Program-made: the position numbers and the translations under genes
The notes under the pieces: generated by a model
Told to the model about the DNA's origin: nothing
Database searches by the model: none
Seen by the model: the letters and a program-made list of their open reading frames with translations, nothing else
DNA from: an uncultured Chloroflexia bacterium
Lineage (GTDB): Bacteria > Chloroflexota > Limnocylindria > Limnocylindrales > CSP1-4
Direction: 5' to 3'
Length of the DNA: 64,000 nt
Assembly: GCA_963771795.1 (NCBI GenBank)
Contig: CAVYUR010000001.1
Coordinates: forward strand, 129,880 to 193,879
Shown: piece after piece, positions 1 through 9,547 of the stretch
How positions within the stretch are numbered: the stretch's first letter is position 1
Layout: every line of letters starts with the position of its first letter

Positions 1-693
1 TTCAAGGTCACCGTCATCCGGCCGCCCACGATGGTCCTGACCCTGACCGTCACCCAGCAGGGTGGGACCGGCCAGCCGGCAGGAGCTCTCGGAACGGTGT
101 CGTCATCCCCGGCGGGGTTCGCCGCTTGTCTGTCGAAGACAACCTGCACCGCCCCGTTCGCGACCGATGCGGTGGTCACGCTGACCGCCACACCGAAGGG
201 AAGCGGGTACTTCCAGGCCTGGACGGGATGTGACACCGCCAGCGGCTATGTGTGCACGGTCAAGATGAGCGCGGCACGAGCTGTTGCGGCTCAGTTCTCT
301 GTCACACCGCCCGCCAGGGAATTCCGGATCGTCGGTATCGGTGCATTCGCGACATCGCCGGCCGGTCCGACGACGATCGTTCTCGATGCGTCGCGATACG
401 TGAACGCGACTTTTTCCGGGTCGGCGATTTTCAGTGTGGGGAGCGCGACGTATGCATCGACGGGGATCACGGCCCTGAGTCGGAGCGGCAATGTGATCCA
501 GATCGCCGGCACGGCCCGAAAGGTCGTATCGGGCAGCCCGCCGACGGTCTTCTGGACGCTGACAATCACGGACAACAAACTCCCGAACGCGGACAAGGCG
601 GTCTTCAAGCTCACGGCTGCCGACGGGAGCCTCATCACGTCGACCGGGGGCGTCGCCAAGCCAGTACTCGGTGCATTCGTCGTCCAGCCCTGA
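1..693 (+). CDS. C-terminal part of a secreted repeat protein (gene continues upstream of the window); InlB-B-repeat-like module
   Basis: The frame is open from nt 1 with no stop before the listed ATG at 31. The pattern 'G..G.V.SSPAG..C....C...F....VTLTATP..G..F..W.GC.....C.V.M' resembles divergent InlB B-repeat modules. Stop at 691-693. Confidence 0.5.
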   Translation, partial: FKVTVIRPPTMVLTLTVTQQGGTGQPAGALGTVSSSPAGFAACLSKTTCTAPFATDAVVTLTATPKGSGYFQAWTGCDTASGYVCTVKMSAARAVAAQFSVTPPAREFRIVGIGAFATSPAGPTTIVLDASRYVNATFSGSAIFSVGSATYASTGITALSRSGNVIQIAGTARKVVSGSPPTVFWTLTITDNKLPNADKAVFKLTAADGSLITSTGGVAKPVLGAFVVQP

Positions 694-708
694 CGTGTCT
701 ACCGGAGT

Positions 709-1644
709 TCAGTCGCGGCCGGTCGCCGCTCCGGTCGCGGGATCCCAGCCACCGGCCTGGCCGACCTTGCTCGCCAGTGGCCGACCGAGCGCAGCCGCGA
801 CGAATCGGGCGGCGTCGAGCACCCCGTCGAGGCGCACGCCGTGCTCGTAGCCGAGCCCGTCGAGCAGGTAGACGAGGTCCTCCGTCGCGAGATTGCCGGC
901 GGCGCCAGGCGCGTACGGGCAGCCACCCGTCCCGCCGGCCGCCGAGTCGAAACACCGGATCCCTGCCGCGAGGCCCGCGACGACGTTGGCAAGGGCCGTC
1001 CCGCGCGTGTCGTGGAAGTGGAACGCGATGCGGCTCTCCGGGATCCCGGCCTCGATCGCGAGGCCACTCAACTCGCCGACCTGGCTGGGGACGCCGACCC
1101 CGATCGTGTCGCCGAAGCAGATCTCATCGGCGCCCAGCTCCAGCAGCCTGAGCCCGACGTCGATGGCGCGGCGCGGCTCGACCGCCCCTATGTACGGGCA
1201 GCCGAACGCCGTCGAGACATACGCTCGTCGCCACCAGCCCAGCTCACCCGCCCGGGCGAGGACCGGCGCGAAGGCCTCGAGCGACGCCGCGATCGTCATC
1301 CCGATGTTGCGTGTGGTGAACGCGTCTGATGCCGCCGTGAACACCGCGATCGCATCCGCGCCGGCGGCTTCCGCCCGGGCGAGGCCGCGGAGATTCGGCA
1401 CGAGGACCGGGTAGCGGACGCCGTCCGCACGAGGAAGGCTCGGCAACAACTCGTCTGCGTCGGCGAGTTGGGGGATCGCAGCCGGTGAGACGAAGGATGT
1501 CGCCTCGATCTCGCGGAGGCCGGCCGCGGCGACGAGCTCGATGTACCGTCGCTTCGTGGCCGTCGGGACGGCGTCCGCCTCGTTCTGCAGGCCGTCACGC
1601 GGCCCGACCTCGTAGATCCGGACGTGATCCGCCCGATCGGGCAC
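709..1644 (-). CDS. Hydroxymethylglutaryl-CoA lyase
   Basis: 311-aa ORF with a GTG start. HMGL-like TIM-barrel motifs: 'VRIYEVGPRDGLQNE', 'HFHDTRGTALANV', 'GGCPYAPGAAGN'. Last gene of the leucine-catabolic string. Confidence 0.9.
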   Translation of the reverse strand: MPDRADHVRIYEVGPRDGLQNEADAVPTATKRRYIELVAAAGLREIEATSFVSPAAIPQLADADELLPSLPRADGVRYPVLVPNLRGLARAEAAGADAIAVFTAASDAFTTRNIGMTIAASLEAFAPVLARAGELGWWRRAYVSTAFGCPYIGAVEPRRAIDVGLRLLELGADEICFGDTIGVGVPSQVGELSGLAIEAGIPESRIAFHFHDTRGTALANVVAGLAAGIRCFDSAAGGTGGCPYAPGAAGNLATEDLVYLLDGLGYEHGVRLDGVLDAARFVAAALGRPLASKVGQAGGWDPATGAATGRD

Positions 1645-1652
1645 GGGCCGGA

Positions 1653-1907
1653 TCAGCCCTTCGGCGGGGTCATCGCCCGCTCGATCGCGGCGATCCGGAC
1701 CTCGATCCGGCCGATCTCGTCGACGGCGGCCCGGTGCTCCTCGCTGCCGAGCGGTGCCGCGTTCCGCTTCCGCCTCGCCGCCGTATGCCGATCGAGGAGC
1801 TCGTCGCGGGTCGCCGGGAGCTTCGTGTCGACCTTCGTCGCCTGGCCATGGGCCTTGGCCGGCGCGTGACCGCCCGCATGCCCGCCTGGCTTTTCCTGCT
1901 TCGCCAT
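1653..1907 (-). CDS. Small helical protein, DUF2630-like
   Basis: 84-aa ORF with SD GGAGGA 3 nt upstream of ATG 1907. Charged helical sequence 'RDELLDRHTAARRKRNAAPLGSEEHRAAVDEIGRIEVRI'. The family name is recalled, not verified. Confidence 0.5.
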   Translation of the reverse strand: MAKQEKPGGHAGGHAPAKAHGQATKVDTKLPATRDELLDRHTAARRKRNAAPLGSEEHRAAVDEIGRIEVRIAAIERAMTPPKG

Positions 1908-1947
1908 CGCTCCTCCTGCCTTTCCCGGAAGGGTAGCGCCTCGACGC

Positions 1948-3945
1948 TCAGCCTTCGATCGTGCCTAGCCGCTGCCCGCGGGTCACCTGGTCGCCGGCCG
2001 CGACATCGAGGTCCGCCACGCGACCCGATACCGGCGCCGCGACGACGTGCTCCATCTTCATCGCTTCGAGCGTGACGACGGGATCGCCGGCGGCGACCGC
2101 ATCCCCGGATGCGACGTGGACGCTGACAACGGAGCCCGGCATCGGCGCGATCAGGTCCGCCGAACCGCCGGGGTGGCCGTGCGCAGCTGCGGCGCGAGCG
2201 GCGCGGTCGACATCCGGAGGGGGCGCCACGCGGAACGCGACCGATCGACCGCCCAGGTCCAGGTGGGCGACGTCGCCGGCGGCGCTCACGGAGGCGATCG
2301 GCTCCGCTGCGATCGAGTCCGGAGTGCTGTCCAGGGCGACGGTTCGCTCCGCTCCCTCGGCCGCGAGCCGGATCGTCGACGGCCCGTTGAGCCGCCAGCC
2401 GCCGCCGACGAGTCGACCGGCCGCCGACCAGGCTTCGTCGGGGATCGCGGAACGGACGAGCCAATCGTCGGGCGGCCAGATCCGCTCCAGGGTGTCGATC
2501 CGGGCCCTGCCGCTCATGACGGCCGGCTCGCGGACAAGCCAGCGCAGGAACCGGAGGTTGGTCGTCAGCCCGAGCACGACCGTGTCATCGAGCGCCTCCG
2601 TGAGTCGGGCCATCGCTTCCGCCCGGTTGCGACCGTGAGCGATGATCTTGGCGAGCATCGGATCGAAGCGGTCCGTGACCTCATCGCCGGCCTTGACTCC
2701 CGCATCGACGCGAATGCCGGTGCCCGTCGGCCAGCGAAGCTTCTCGATCCGACCGGTCGCCGGGAGGAACCCGGCCTCCGCGTCCTCGGCATAGAGGCGG
2801 ACCTCGATCGCGTGGCCGCTCGGCCGGACGTCCGACTGCTCGAAGCCGAGCGGCTCGCCCGCGGCGATCCGGATCTGGTCGGCGACCAGGTCCCTGCCGG
2901 TCACGGCCTCCGTGACAGGATGCTCCACCTGGAGCCTGGTGTTCATCTCGAGGAAGTAGGCGTCACCACGGTCCGCGAGGAGGAATTCGCAGGTCCCGGC
3001 GCTGGCATAGCCGACCGCCCGGCCAAGGGCCAGCGCCGCCTCCGTGAGCCGTCGCCGGGTCGCGTCGTCGACGTGCGGCGACGGGGTTTCCTCCAGGATC
3101 TTCTGATGGCGTCGCTGGATCGAACAATCCCGCTCGCCGAGATGGACGCCGTTGCCGTGCTCGTCGAAGAGGAGCTGAACCTCCACGTGCCGCGGCCCCA
3201 GGACGAACCGCTCCAGGATCAGGCGGTCGTCGCCGAAGGCCGCCTGGGCTTCGCGTCGGGCGGATGCGAGCGCCGCCGGCACCTCGTCCAGGGTTCGCAC
3301 CGTTCGCATGCCCTTCCCGCCGCCGCCCGCAGACGGCTTCACGAGCAGGGGCGTTCCGATCTCAGCCGCCGCGGCGGTGAGCGCCTCGTCGGATTGATCG
3401 ACGCCTTCGTAGCCCGGTGGAGTCGCCACGCCGAGGTCGTGCGCGAGCCGCCGTGCCGCCGCCTTGTCGCCCATCGCCCGGATCGCGTCCGGCGACGGCC
3501 CGATCCAGCGGATCCCAGCCGCAAGGACCGCTTCCGCGAACGGAGCGCTCTCGGCGAGGAACCCGAAGCCGGGGTGGAGGGCGTCCGCGCCGCTCGCCAG
3601 TGCAGCCTCAACGACCGAGTCGATGGCGAGCAGGTCGATGGCGCCAGGGCCGACCGTCGGTGGAATCACGACCCGTATGCCGAGCCGGTCCGCGGTCCTC
3701 TCGATCCGGGCGGCGATCTCGCCGCGGTTCGCGACGAAGATCGTCCGGATCGGAGTCTTCGCCGAGCCTTCGATGCGCGGTGGCGCTCCTTGGCGCCCGA
3801 ACGCGTCAATCGCGTCACTTGCGACACGCCAACGACCGCCGACACGCCGGGCAGGGAGCCTGCCACTCGCGATCCAGCGCTGGACGCTTCTGGTCGTCGC
3901 CCCGATCCGGTGCGCGACCTCGCTAGGGCTGAGTTCGTCGGTCAT
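1948..3945 (-). CDS. Methylcrotonyl/acyl-CoA carboxylase alpha subunit (biotin carboxylase + biotinyl domain) with N-terminal excisionase/MerR-type HTH
   Basis: ATG at 3945. N-terminus 'SPSEVAHRIGATTRSVQRWIASGRLPARRVGGRWRV' (HTH-like), then 'FVANRGEIAARI', an ATP-grasp region and a C-terminal 'EAMKME' biotinylation motif, all in one ORF. The ORF track extends to 4020, but that extra N-terminus is Arg-rich and unlikely to be real. Confidence 0.85.
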   Translation of the reverse strand: MTDELSPSEVAHRIGATTRSVQRWIASGRLPARRVGGRWRVASDAIDAFGRQGAPPRIEGSAKTPIRTIFVANRGEIAARIERTADRLGIRVVIPPTVGPGAIDLLAIDSVVEAALASGADALHPGFGFLAESAPFAEAVLAAGIRWIGPSPDAIRAMGDKAAARRLAHDLGVATPPGYEGVDQSDEALTAAAAEIGTPLLVKPSAGGGGKGMRTVRTLDEVPAALASARREAQAAFGDDRLILERFVLGPRHVEVQLLFDEHGNGVHLGERDCSIQRRHQKILEETPSPHVDDATRRRLTEAALALGRAVGYASAGTCEFLLADRGDAYFLEMNTRLQVEHPVTEAVTGRDLVADQIRIAAGEPLGFEQSDVRPSGHAIEVRLYAEDAEAGFLPATGRIEKLRWPTGTGIRVDAGVKAGDEVTDRFDPMLAKIIAHGRNRAEAMARLTEALDDTVVLGLTTNLRFLRWLVREPAVMSGRARIDTLERIWPPDDWLVRSAIPDEAWSAAGRLVGGGWRLNGPSTIRLAAEGAERTVALDSTPDSIAAEPIASVSAAGDVAHLDLGGRSVAFRVAPPPDVDRAARAAAAHGHPGGSADLIAPMPGSVVSVHVASGDAVAAGDPVVTLEAMKMEHVVAAPVSGRVADLDVAAGDQVTRGQRLGTIEG

Positions 3946-4134
3946 TTGTGTCGCGATTGTCGCATACGGCCGATTGGGTGGCGGGCAGATCCTCCGATTC
4001 CGAACGCCGCGCCGATTCACCTCCGAACGCTCCGATCGTCCGAGATTGGGATCCGGAATCGGATCGCCGGGTCCGCCGCAAGTGGATTCCAGCGACGTTC
4101 GATATCGGACGGACCCTCCCGAACGCCGCGAACG

Positions 4135-4947
4135 TCAGCGGTTGCCCGACTCGGGTTCCCAGCCAGGCCGGCGCTTCTCGGTGAAGGCCCGGAACCCCTC
4201 CTGGGCTTCTTCGCTGACGCGCTGCCTGGCGATCACCCGGGCCGTGTGCCACTTCGACGACCCGTGGCCAAGCCCGCGGACCTCGCGGACGATCGCCTTG
4301 GCGGCTCGCGCTGCGGTCGGACCGGCCGCCAGGATGTCGGCGATCGCTGCGTCGACGGCCTCGTCGAGCGCACCCTCGCCCTCAACCACCTCGTGGACCA
4401 ACCCGATCCGCTGAGCGCGCACCGCATCGAAGCGACGACCGCCCGGGAACAGCGACCGGGCATGGGTCTCGCCGATCTTGGCGATGACGAACGGCGAGAT
4501 GACCGCCGGCAGGATCCCCAGCCGCGTTTCGGTGAACCCGAACCGGGCGCCGGCCTCGGCGATGACGATGTCGGCGACGGCGCACAGGCCCATCCCGCCG
4601 CCCAGCGCGGCGCCCTGGACGCGGGCGATGACCGGGACCGGGCAGGTGTCGACGGCCTCGAACATGTCGGCCAGCGCGATCGCATCCTGCTCGTTGCCCT
4701 CGACGTCGAGGGCGATCGCCGCGCGCATCCACGCGACGTCGGCGCCGGCACAGAACGACGGTCCGGCACCCGCCAGGACCACGACGCGCAGGTCCCTCGG
4801 GCCCTCTCGCGCCAGGGCGGCGAATGTCGAGCGAAGATCCGCCCCGACCGAGGCGTTGATCGCGTTGTGGACCTCGGGTCGGGTCAGCGTCACGCGGGCG
4901 ACGACCCCGCCCGGGCCGGACCGCTCCACCATCACCAGATCGCTCAT
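4135..4947 (-). CDS. Enoyl-CoA hydratase (probable methylglutaconyl-CoA hydratase)
   Basis: 270 aa with crotonase motifs 'VVVLAGAGPSFCAGADV' and 'GAALGGGMGL'. Lies between the MCCase subunit genes. TACGAT sits 6 nt upstream of the ATG. Confidence 0.8.
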   Translation of the reverse strand: MSDLVMVERSGPGGVVARVTLTRPEVHNAINASVGADLRSTFAALAREGPRDLRVVVLAGAGPSFCAGADVAWMRAAIALDVEGNEQDAIALADMFEAVDTCPVPVIARVQGAALGGGMGLCAVADIVIAEAGARFGFTETRLGILPAVISPFVIAKIGETHARSLFPGGRRFDAVRAQRIGLVHEVVEGEGALDEAVDAAIADILAAGPTAARAAKAIVREVRGLGHGSSKWHTARVIARQRVSEEAQEGFRAFTEKRRPGWEPESGNR

Positions 4948-4953
4948 GGCGGC

Positions 4954-4959
4954 ATCGTA
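4954..4959 (-). promoter_or_regulatory. -10-like TACGAT, 6 nt upstream of the enoyl-CoA hydratase ATG (leaderless candidate)
   Basis: Read on the minus strand: TACGAT gccgcc ATG. Confidence 0.4.
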
Positions 4960-4972
4960 GCCGCGGTGGTGG

Positions 4973-7075
4973 GTGAACGGGCACGAGACATCGGCGCTGT
5001 ACGCTGCCTGCGTGACGAAGGCCGCTCTGCATGCCGTCGGCCTCGCCGTTCTGCTCTGCGTGCTCCCCGCTGCCGCCGGTCAGGCAGCGGCAGCGTCGCC
5101 GCCGGCCTTCCGCGAAGCGCCGTGTCCGTTCCCAGGCGGCGAGCAGGCGGCTGAGCACGACATCGTCTGCGGCTACGTGACAGTCCCGGAGCACCGGGAT
5201 CGGGCTCCAGGTCGCACGATCGAACTGGCGGTGGCGGTCGCTCGAAGCAGCGACAAGGACTCCGAGGAGCTTCCCGTCGTGTTCCTCAACGGCGGCCCGG
5301 GCGACAGCGCGCTCTTCGACGTCGCCCAGCTCTGGGGCGGCTCGACCATCCGCGAGCGACACGACCTGATCCTCTTGGACCAGCGTGGCAGCGGCTACTC
5401 CCGTCCGGCGTTGAAGTGTCCGGGGCTTGACTATCCGCCGGACCCGAGCTGGCCACGAGCGGAACAGGAATTGGAGCGGATGGCCCTCGCTGAAACCTGC
5501 CTGGACGACTATCGCGCCGATGGGATCGACGTGACGGCGTACACGACGCGCGAGAACGCCGCCGACGTCGAATCGGTGCGCCAGGCGCTCTCGATCGACC
5601 GCTGGAGCCTGTACGGAATCTCGTACGGGACGAGGCTCGCCCTGGAGGTCATGCGGACCAACGGCTCCACGGTCGATGGCGCCGTCCTCGACTCGCCCTA
5701 TCCCCCACAGGCCCGCCCGTTCGAGGATGCAAGCGCAAGATTCGAGCGGGCGCTTGATGCAACCCTTGCGGCCTGTCACGCCGATCAGGCATGCGCCGAG
5801 GCATACCCGGGCGTCGGCAACCGGCTGAGCGCGATCCTGTCGGACGCAGATGCCCGGCTCGACCGGATCCAGTACCCACCCGTCCCGGCCTGGTTCGCCG
5901 CGACGGCCCTGAACGGGCTGTTCTACGGCCCGGACGGGATCGCGGCGGTGCCCGCGGTCGTGGACGGCCTGGAACACGGCAACGCGATGTTCGTTCGACA
6001 GGGCAGTGCCAACTGGTTCCCGGACTTCGCCGACGCGACGTCGACCGGCATGCACTACTCGATTGAATGCCCTGATCGCGGATCGGCCGTCGACGCGGAC
6101 GCAGTCGCCCGGGACCGGGCCGCCCACACGCGATACGGGTCATTGGAGGGCGGGATCTGGCTCAAGGTCCCTGTTTGCTCTGCCTGGGGTGCGGAGCCGC
6201 CCACCCCGGATGAGCTGGAACCGATCGTCAGCGACGTCCCGACCCTCATCCTCGTCGGAGCATTCGACCCCGTGACGCCGCCGTCGTACGCGGCGGAGAC
6301 GGCTCGGACGCTGGCGAACGGCACGGTCGTCGAGTTGCGGGGCCTCGGCCATGCCGTCAGCCTCAGTCCTTGCGGCCATGAGCTGCGTGACGCGTTCCTG
6401 GCCGACCCCTCGGCGGCACTCGACCTGGGCTGTGCCGGGGCCATGCCCCCGCCGACGTTCTCCACCGAGCTCGCACCGGTGCCCGGCCTGCCGTACCTGC
6501 TGGACGGGATGTTCGCTCGCTCGAACCCGACGATCGGCCACTGGGGACTGATGCTGATTGTCGCGTTCGCGTTTGCGTCGGCGCTTCTTGGCTGGCCCCT
6601 GGTTGCGGCCGGCAGAGCGGTGCGTGCCCGGCGCGTCCGCGCCGCGCCGACGACCGAGGCGGGTCCGATCGACCGGGACTCCGCGGTCGAGGCCACACTC
6701 TCGCCGGGGCCCGAGCCGATCGGGCCGGCCACGCCCGAGGCCGCCCGCGAACGGCCAATTCCGCGCCCCGTTCGTTTGATCGTGCTCCTCGCCATCGGGG
6801 CCGATCTCGTCTTCGCCTTCGGGCTCGCCGCGGTCGTCGGCGCGATGCCGGAGGGGTCGCTCATCAGGGCGCTGGGTATCCCGCGCCAGGATCGTTGGCT
6901 CATCTGGCTGGCGGATGCCGGCGCGATCCTCGGCGTCGCGGTGGCGCTACTCGCCGTCGTCGCCGTCGTCCAGGAGCGGGGCCGCCGACGATCGCGTTTC
7001 CACCTCGCGTTCATCGCGTTTGCCTGTCTGCTCTTCAGTGGCGCGCTCGCCTACTACGGGATCCTCGGTGTCTGA
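4973..7075 (+). CDS. Secreted/membrane alpha/beta hydrolase (S33 prolyl-aminopeptidase-like) with C-terminal multi-TM domain
   Basis: Signal-like 'AALHAVGLAVLLCVLPAAAG'. Motifs 'VVFLNGGPGDS' and nucleophile elbow 'GISYGT'. The last ~170 aa form 4-5 hydrophobic helices. The start may be GTG 5012 rather than 4973. Confidence 0.7.
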   Translation: MNGHETSALYAACVTKAALHAVGLAVLLCVLPAAAGQAAAASPPAFREAPCPFPGGEQAAEHDIVCGYVTVPEHRDRAPGRTIELAVAVARSSDKDSEELPVVFLNGGPGDSALFDVAQLWGGSTIRERHDLILLDQRGSGYSRPALKCPGLDYPPDPSWPRAEQELERMALAETCLDDYRADGIDVTAYTTRENAADVESVRQALSIDRWSLYGISYGTRLALEVMRTNGSTVDGAVLDSPYPPQARPFEDASARFERALDATLAACHADQACAEAYPGVGNRLSAILSDADARLDRIQYPPVPAWFAATALNGLFYGPDGIAAVPAVVDGLEHGNAMFVRQGSANWFPDFADATSTGMHYSIECPDRGSAVDADAVARDRAAHTRYGSLEGGIWLKVPVCSAWGAEPPTPDELEPIVSDVPTLILVGAFDPVTPPSYAAETARTLANGTVVELRGLGHAVSLSPCGHELRDAFLADPSAALDLGCAGAMPPPTFSTELAPVPGLPYLLDGMFARSNPTIGHWGLMLIVAFAFASALLGWPLVAAGRAVRARRVRAAPTTEAGPIDRDSAVEATLSPGPEPIGPATPEAARERPIPRPVRLIVLLAIGADLVFAFGLAAVVGAMPEGSLIRALGIPRQDRWLIWLADAGAILGVAVALLAVVAVVQERGRRRSRFHLAFIAFACLLFSGALAYYGILGV

Positions 7076-7087
7076 ACGATTGGTCGG

Positions 7088-7879
7088 TCAGCCTGCCGCC
7101 GCTGCCAGCGGTGCTGATGACAGGACCGTGATCGCATCGCCCAGCCGGATGCGGCCCGGCTGTTCTACCTCGCCGTAGACGCCGAAGTCGATGTCCCGAC
7201 CTTCCGTGAGGCCGCGGTAGGCAACGATCGTCCGAAGCGTGTCGAGGTCCCGCTCGCCGGTGTCCGGGTCCTGGGTCGTGATCGCGCAGCGTGGAACGGG
7301 GGCCGAGATCTGCATCACGACCTCGCCAAGAGCGACCCGCCCACCGACCCAGGTGTCCTCTTCGTGTGCCGCGCCGCCGCCGAGCTCGATGAGCATCCGG
7401 AAGCGACGCCCGTCGACCGAGCCCGCGCCGAGATGATGGCCGAGGATCTCGAGCGAGCCATCGGTGATCAGCGTGGCCGGGTGGGCCTTGCGAGTCCCGC
7501 CGACCCGATCGCAACGGACCAGCCGGATGGCACGGCCGCAGTAGTCGGATAGCTCGGCGGCCCAGGGCCCCTCGACGAGGTGGCCGACCGCCGGGCGCTT
7601 GTGGACGACGGACTCGATCGGCGCGCCGAGTTGGACGGCCTCGTCGATCACCGTTCCGTTCGGGAACGACAGCCGAAGCTGGGTCGCCTCTGGATCGATG
7701 TGCGCACCGATCTGGACAAGGGAGGGAACGAGCAGCCTGTCGACGAGTCGGTCGGCGTCGTCGATCAGATAGAAGCGCCGGTCCTCGACGACGCCGAGTT
7801 CGGTGAGATCGAGCTCGGTTGGGTGCTCGAGCCCGAGACTCCGGACGGGCGCGATCGAAAAGCGGACGACGTGCGGCAT
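7088..7879 (-). CDS. MOSC domain-containing protein
   Basis: 263 aa. N-terminal beta-barrel-like region plus a MOSC motif with conserved Cys, 'ISAPVPRCAITTQDPDTGERD'. TAGGAT sits 6 nt upstream of the ATG. Confidence 0.75.
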   Translation of the reverse strand: MPHVVRFSIAPVRSLGLEHPTELDLTELGVVEDRRFYLIDDADRLVDRLLVPSLVQIGAHIDPEATQLRLSFPNGTVIDEAVQLGAPIESVVHKRPAVGHLVEGPWAAELSDYCGRAIRLVRCDRVGGTRKAHPATLITDGSLEILGHHLGAGSVDGRRFRMLIELGGGAAHEEDTWVGGRVALGEVVMQISAPVPRCAITTQDPDTGERDLDTLRTIVAYRGLTEGRDIDFGVYGEVEQPGRIRLGDAITVLSSAPLAAAAG

Positions 7880-7885
7880 GACGCG

Positions 7886-7891
7886 ATCCTA
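7886..7891 (-). promoter_or_regulatory. -10-like TAGGAT, 6 nt upstream of the MOSC gene ATG
   Basis: Minus strand: TAGGAT cgcgtc ATG. Confidence 0.35.
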
Positions 7892-7898
7892 CCCCGGC

Positions 7899-9497
7899 CT
7901 ACATCCGGAAAACGCCGAATCGCGTCTCCGGAATCGGGCAATGGAGGGCGGCCTCGATGCCCAGGGCTAGCACCCGACGTGTGTCCAGCGGATCGATGAC
8001 GCCGTCGTCCCACAGCCGCGCCGTCGCGAAGTAGGGGTTGCCCTCGCGCTCGTAGGTCTCGAGGATCGGCGCCTCGAACGCGTCGCGTGCGGCATCGTCG
8101 GCGAGGTCGCCGCTCACGGTCGAGAGGACGCGAGCAGCCTGCTGACCGCCCATGACGCTGATCCGGGCGTTCGGCCAGGTCCAGAGGAACCGCGGCTGGT
8201 ATGCGCGACCGGCCATCGCGTAGTTCCCGGCGCCGAAGCTGCCACCGATGATGACGGTGAACTTCGGCACCTCGGCGCAGGCGACCGCGGTGACCATCTT
8301 CGCCCCGTCCTTGGCGATGCCGCCGGCCTCGTATTCGCGGCCGACCATGAAGCCGGTGATGTTCTGGAGGAAGACGAGCGGGATCTTCCGCTGGGCCGCG
8401 AGCTCGATGAAGTGAGCGCCCTTGAGGGCCGACGCACTGAACAGGATTCCGTCATTGGCGATGATCCCGACCGGATAGCCCTCGATGTGGGCGAACCCGG
8501 TGACGAGCGTCTCGCCGTAGCGCGGCTTGAAGTCGTGGAATCGGCTGCCGTCGACGAGTCGGGCGATGACCTCGCGGACCTCGATCGGGCGACGGGGATC
8601 GGCCGACACCGCGCCGAAGATCCCCGCCTCGTCGACCGCAGGCGGTTCGGGCGTCGCCCGATCCCACGGCGGATCCGGTCGCCGGCGGTTGAGGTTGCGG
8701 ACGATCGATCGACCGAGCGCGAGGGCGTGCTCGTCGTCGAGGGCGAGGTGATCGGCAACCCCGGAGATGGCGGTGTGGACATCGCCGCCGCCCAGGTCCT
8801 CGGCGCTCACCTCTTCGCCGGTCGCGGCCTTCACGAGCGGCGGGCCCCCGAGGAAGATCGTGCCGGTGCCCTTGACGATGACCGTCTCGTCGCTCATGGC
8901 CGGGACGTACGCACCGCCGGCCGTCGAGGAGCCCATGACCAGTGCGACCTGGGGGATGCCGGCGGCCGACATGCGGGCCTGGTTGTAGAAGATCCGCCCG
9001 AAATGGTCGCGGTCGGGGAAGACGTCGGCCTGCAGGGGGAGGAAGGCGCCGCCGCTGTCCACGAGGTAGACGCACGGCAGCCGGTTCTCGAGCGCGATCT
9101 CCTGCGCCCGGAGGTGCTTTTTGACGGTCAGCGGGTAGTAGGTCCCGCCTTTGACGGTCGCGTCGTTGGCGACGACGACGACCCGCGTCCCCTCGACCGT
9201 GCCGATCCCGGTCACGATCCCCGCCGACGGAGCATCGTCGTCGTACAGGCCGTTGGCGGCGAGCGGGCTCAGTTCGAGAAAGGCCGATCCTGGATCGACC
9301 AGCCGATCGATCCGCTCGCGGACCGGCAGCTTGCCGCGCTCGCGATGACGGGCGATCGAGCGGTCGTCACCACCGGCGCCACGGCTTGCGACCTCCGCCT
9401 GACGTTCGCGCAGCTCGCCGACGAGCGATGCCATTGCCTCGTGGTTCGCGCGAACGTCCTCGCTGGCGGGATCGAGCCGGCTCCGGAGGACGGGCAT
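7899..9497 (-). CDS. Methylcrotonyl-CoA carboxylase beta subunit (carboxyltransferase)
   Basis: 532 aa counted from ATG 9497 ('[10 protein letters not shown]'). Carboxyltransferase motifs '[11 protein letters not shown]' and '[11 protein letters not shown]'. TATCAT sits 6 nt upstream of the ATG. Confidence 0.9.
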   Translation of the reverse strand: MPVLRSRLDPASEDVRANHEAMASLVGELRERQAEVASRGAGGDDRSIARHRERGKLPVRERIDRLVDPGSAFLELSPLAANGLYDDDAPSAGIVTGIGTVEGTRVVVVANDATVKGGTYYPLTVKKHLRAQEIALENRLPCVYLVDSGGAFLPLQADVFPDRDHFGRIFYNQARMSAAGIPQVALVMGSSTAGGAYVPAMSDETVIVKGTGTIFLGGPPLVKAATGEEVSAEDLGGGDVHTAISGVADHLALDDEHALALGRSIVRNLNRRRPDPPWDRATPEPPAVDEAGIFGAVSADPRRPIEVREVIARLVDGSRFHDFKPRYGETLVTGFAHIEGYPVGIIANDGILFSASALKGAHFIELAAQRKIPLVFLQNITGFMVGREYEAGGIAKDGAKMVTAVACAEVPKFTVIIGGSFGAGNYAMAGRAYQPRFLWTWPNARISVMGGQQAARVLSTVSGDLADDAARDAFEAPILETYEREGNPYFATARLWDDGVIDPLDTRRVLALGIEAALHCPIPETRFGVFRM

Positions 9498-9503
9498 GGG
9501 CCG

Positions 9504-9509
9504 ATGATA
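9504..9509 (-). promoter_or_regulatory. -10-like TATCAT, 6 nt upstream of the MCCase beta ATG
   Basis: Minus strand: TATCAT cggccc ATG. Confidence 0.4.
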
Positions 9510-9547
9510 GGTCGGAACCGGGCGAGCGCATCGTTCGTCCTCGCCGC

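Noticed and set aside
2047-5154. 1035-aa ORF on the plus strand
   Set aside because: It is antisense to three well-supported genes (MCCase alpha, hydratase). Its composition is dominated by Arg/Gly/Asp/Pro with no recognisable motifs. This is the typical shadow ORF of high-GC DNA.
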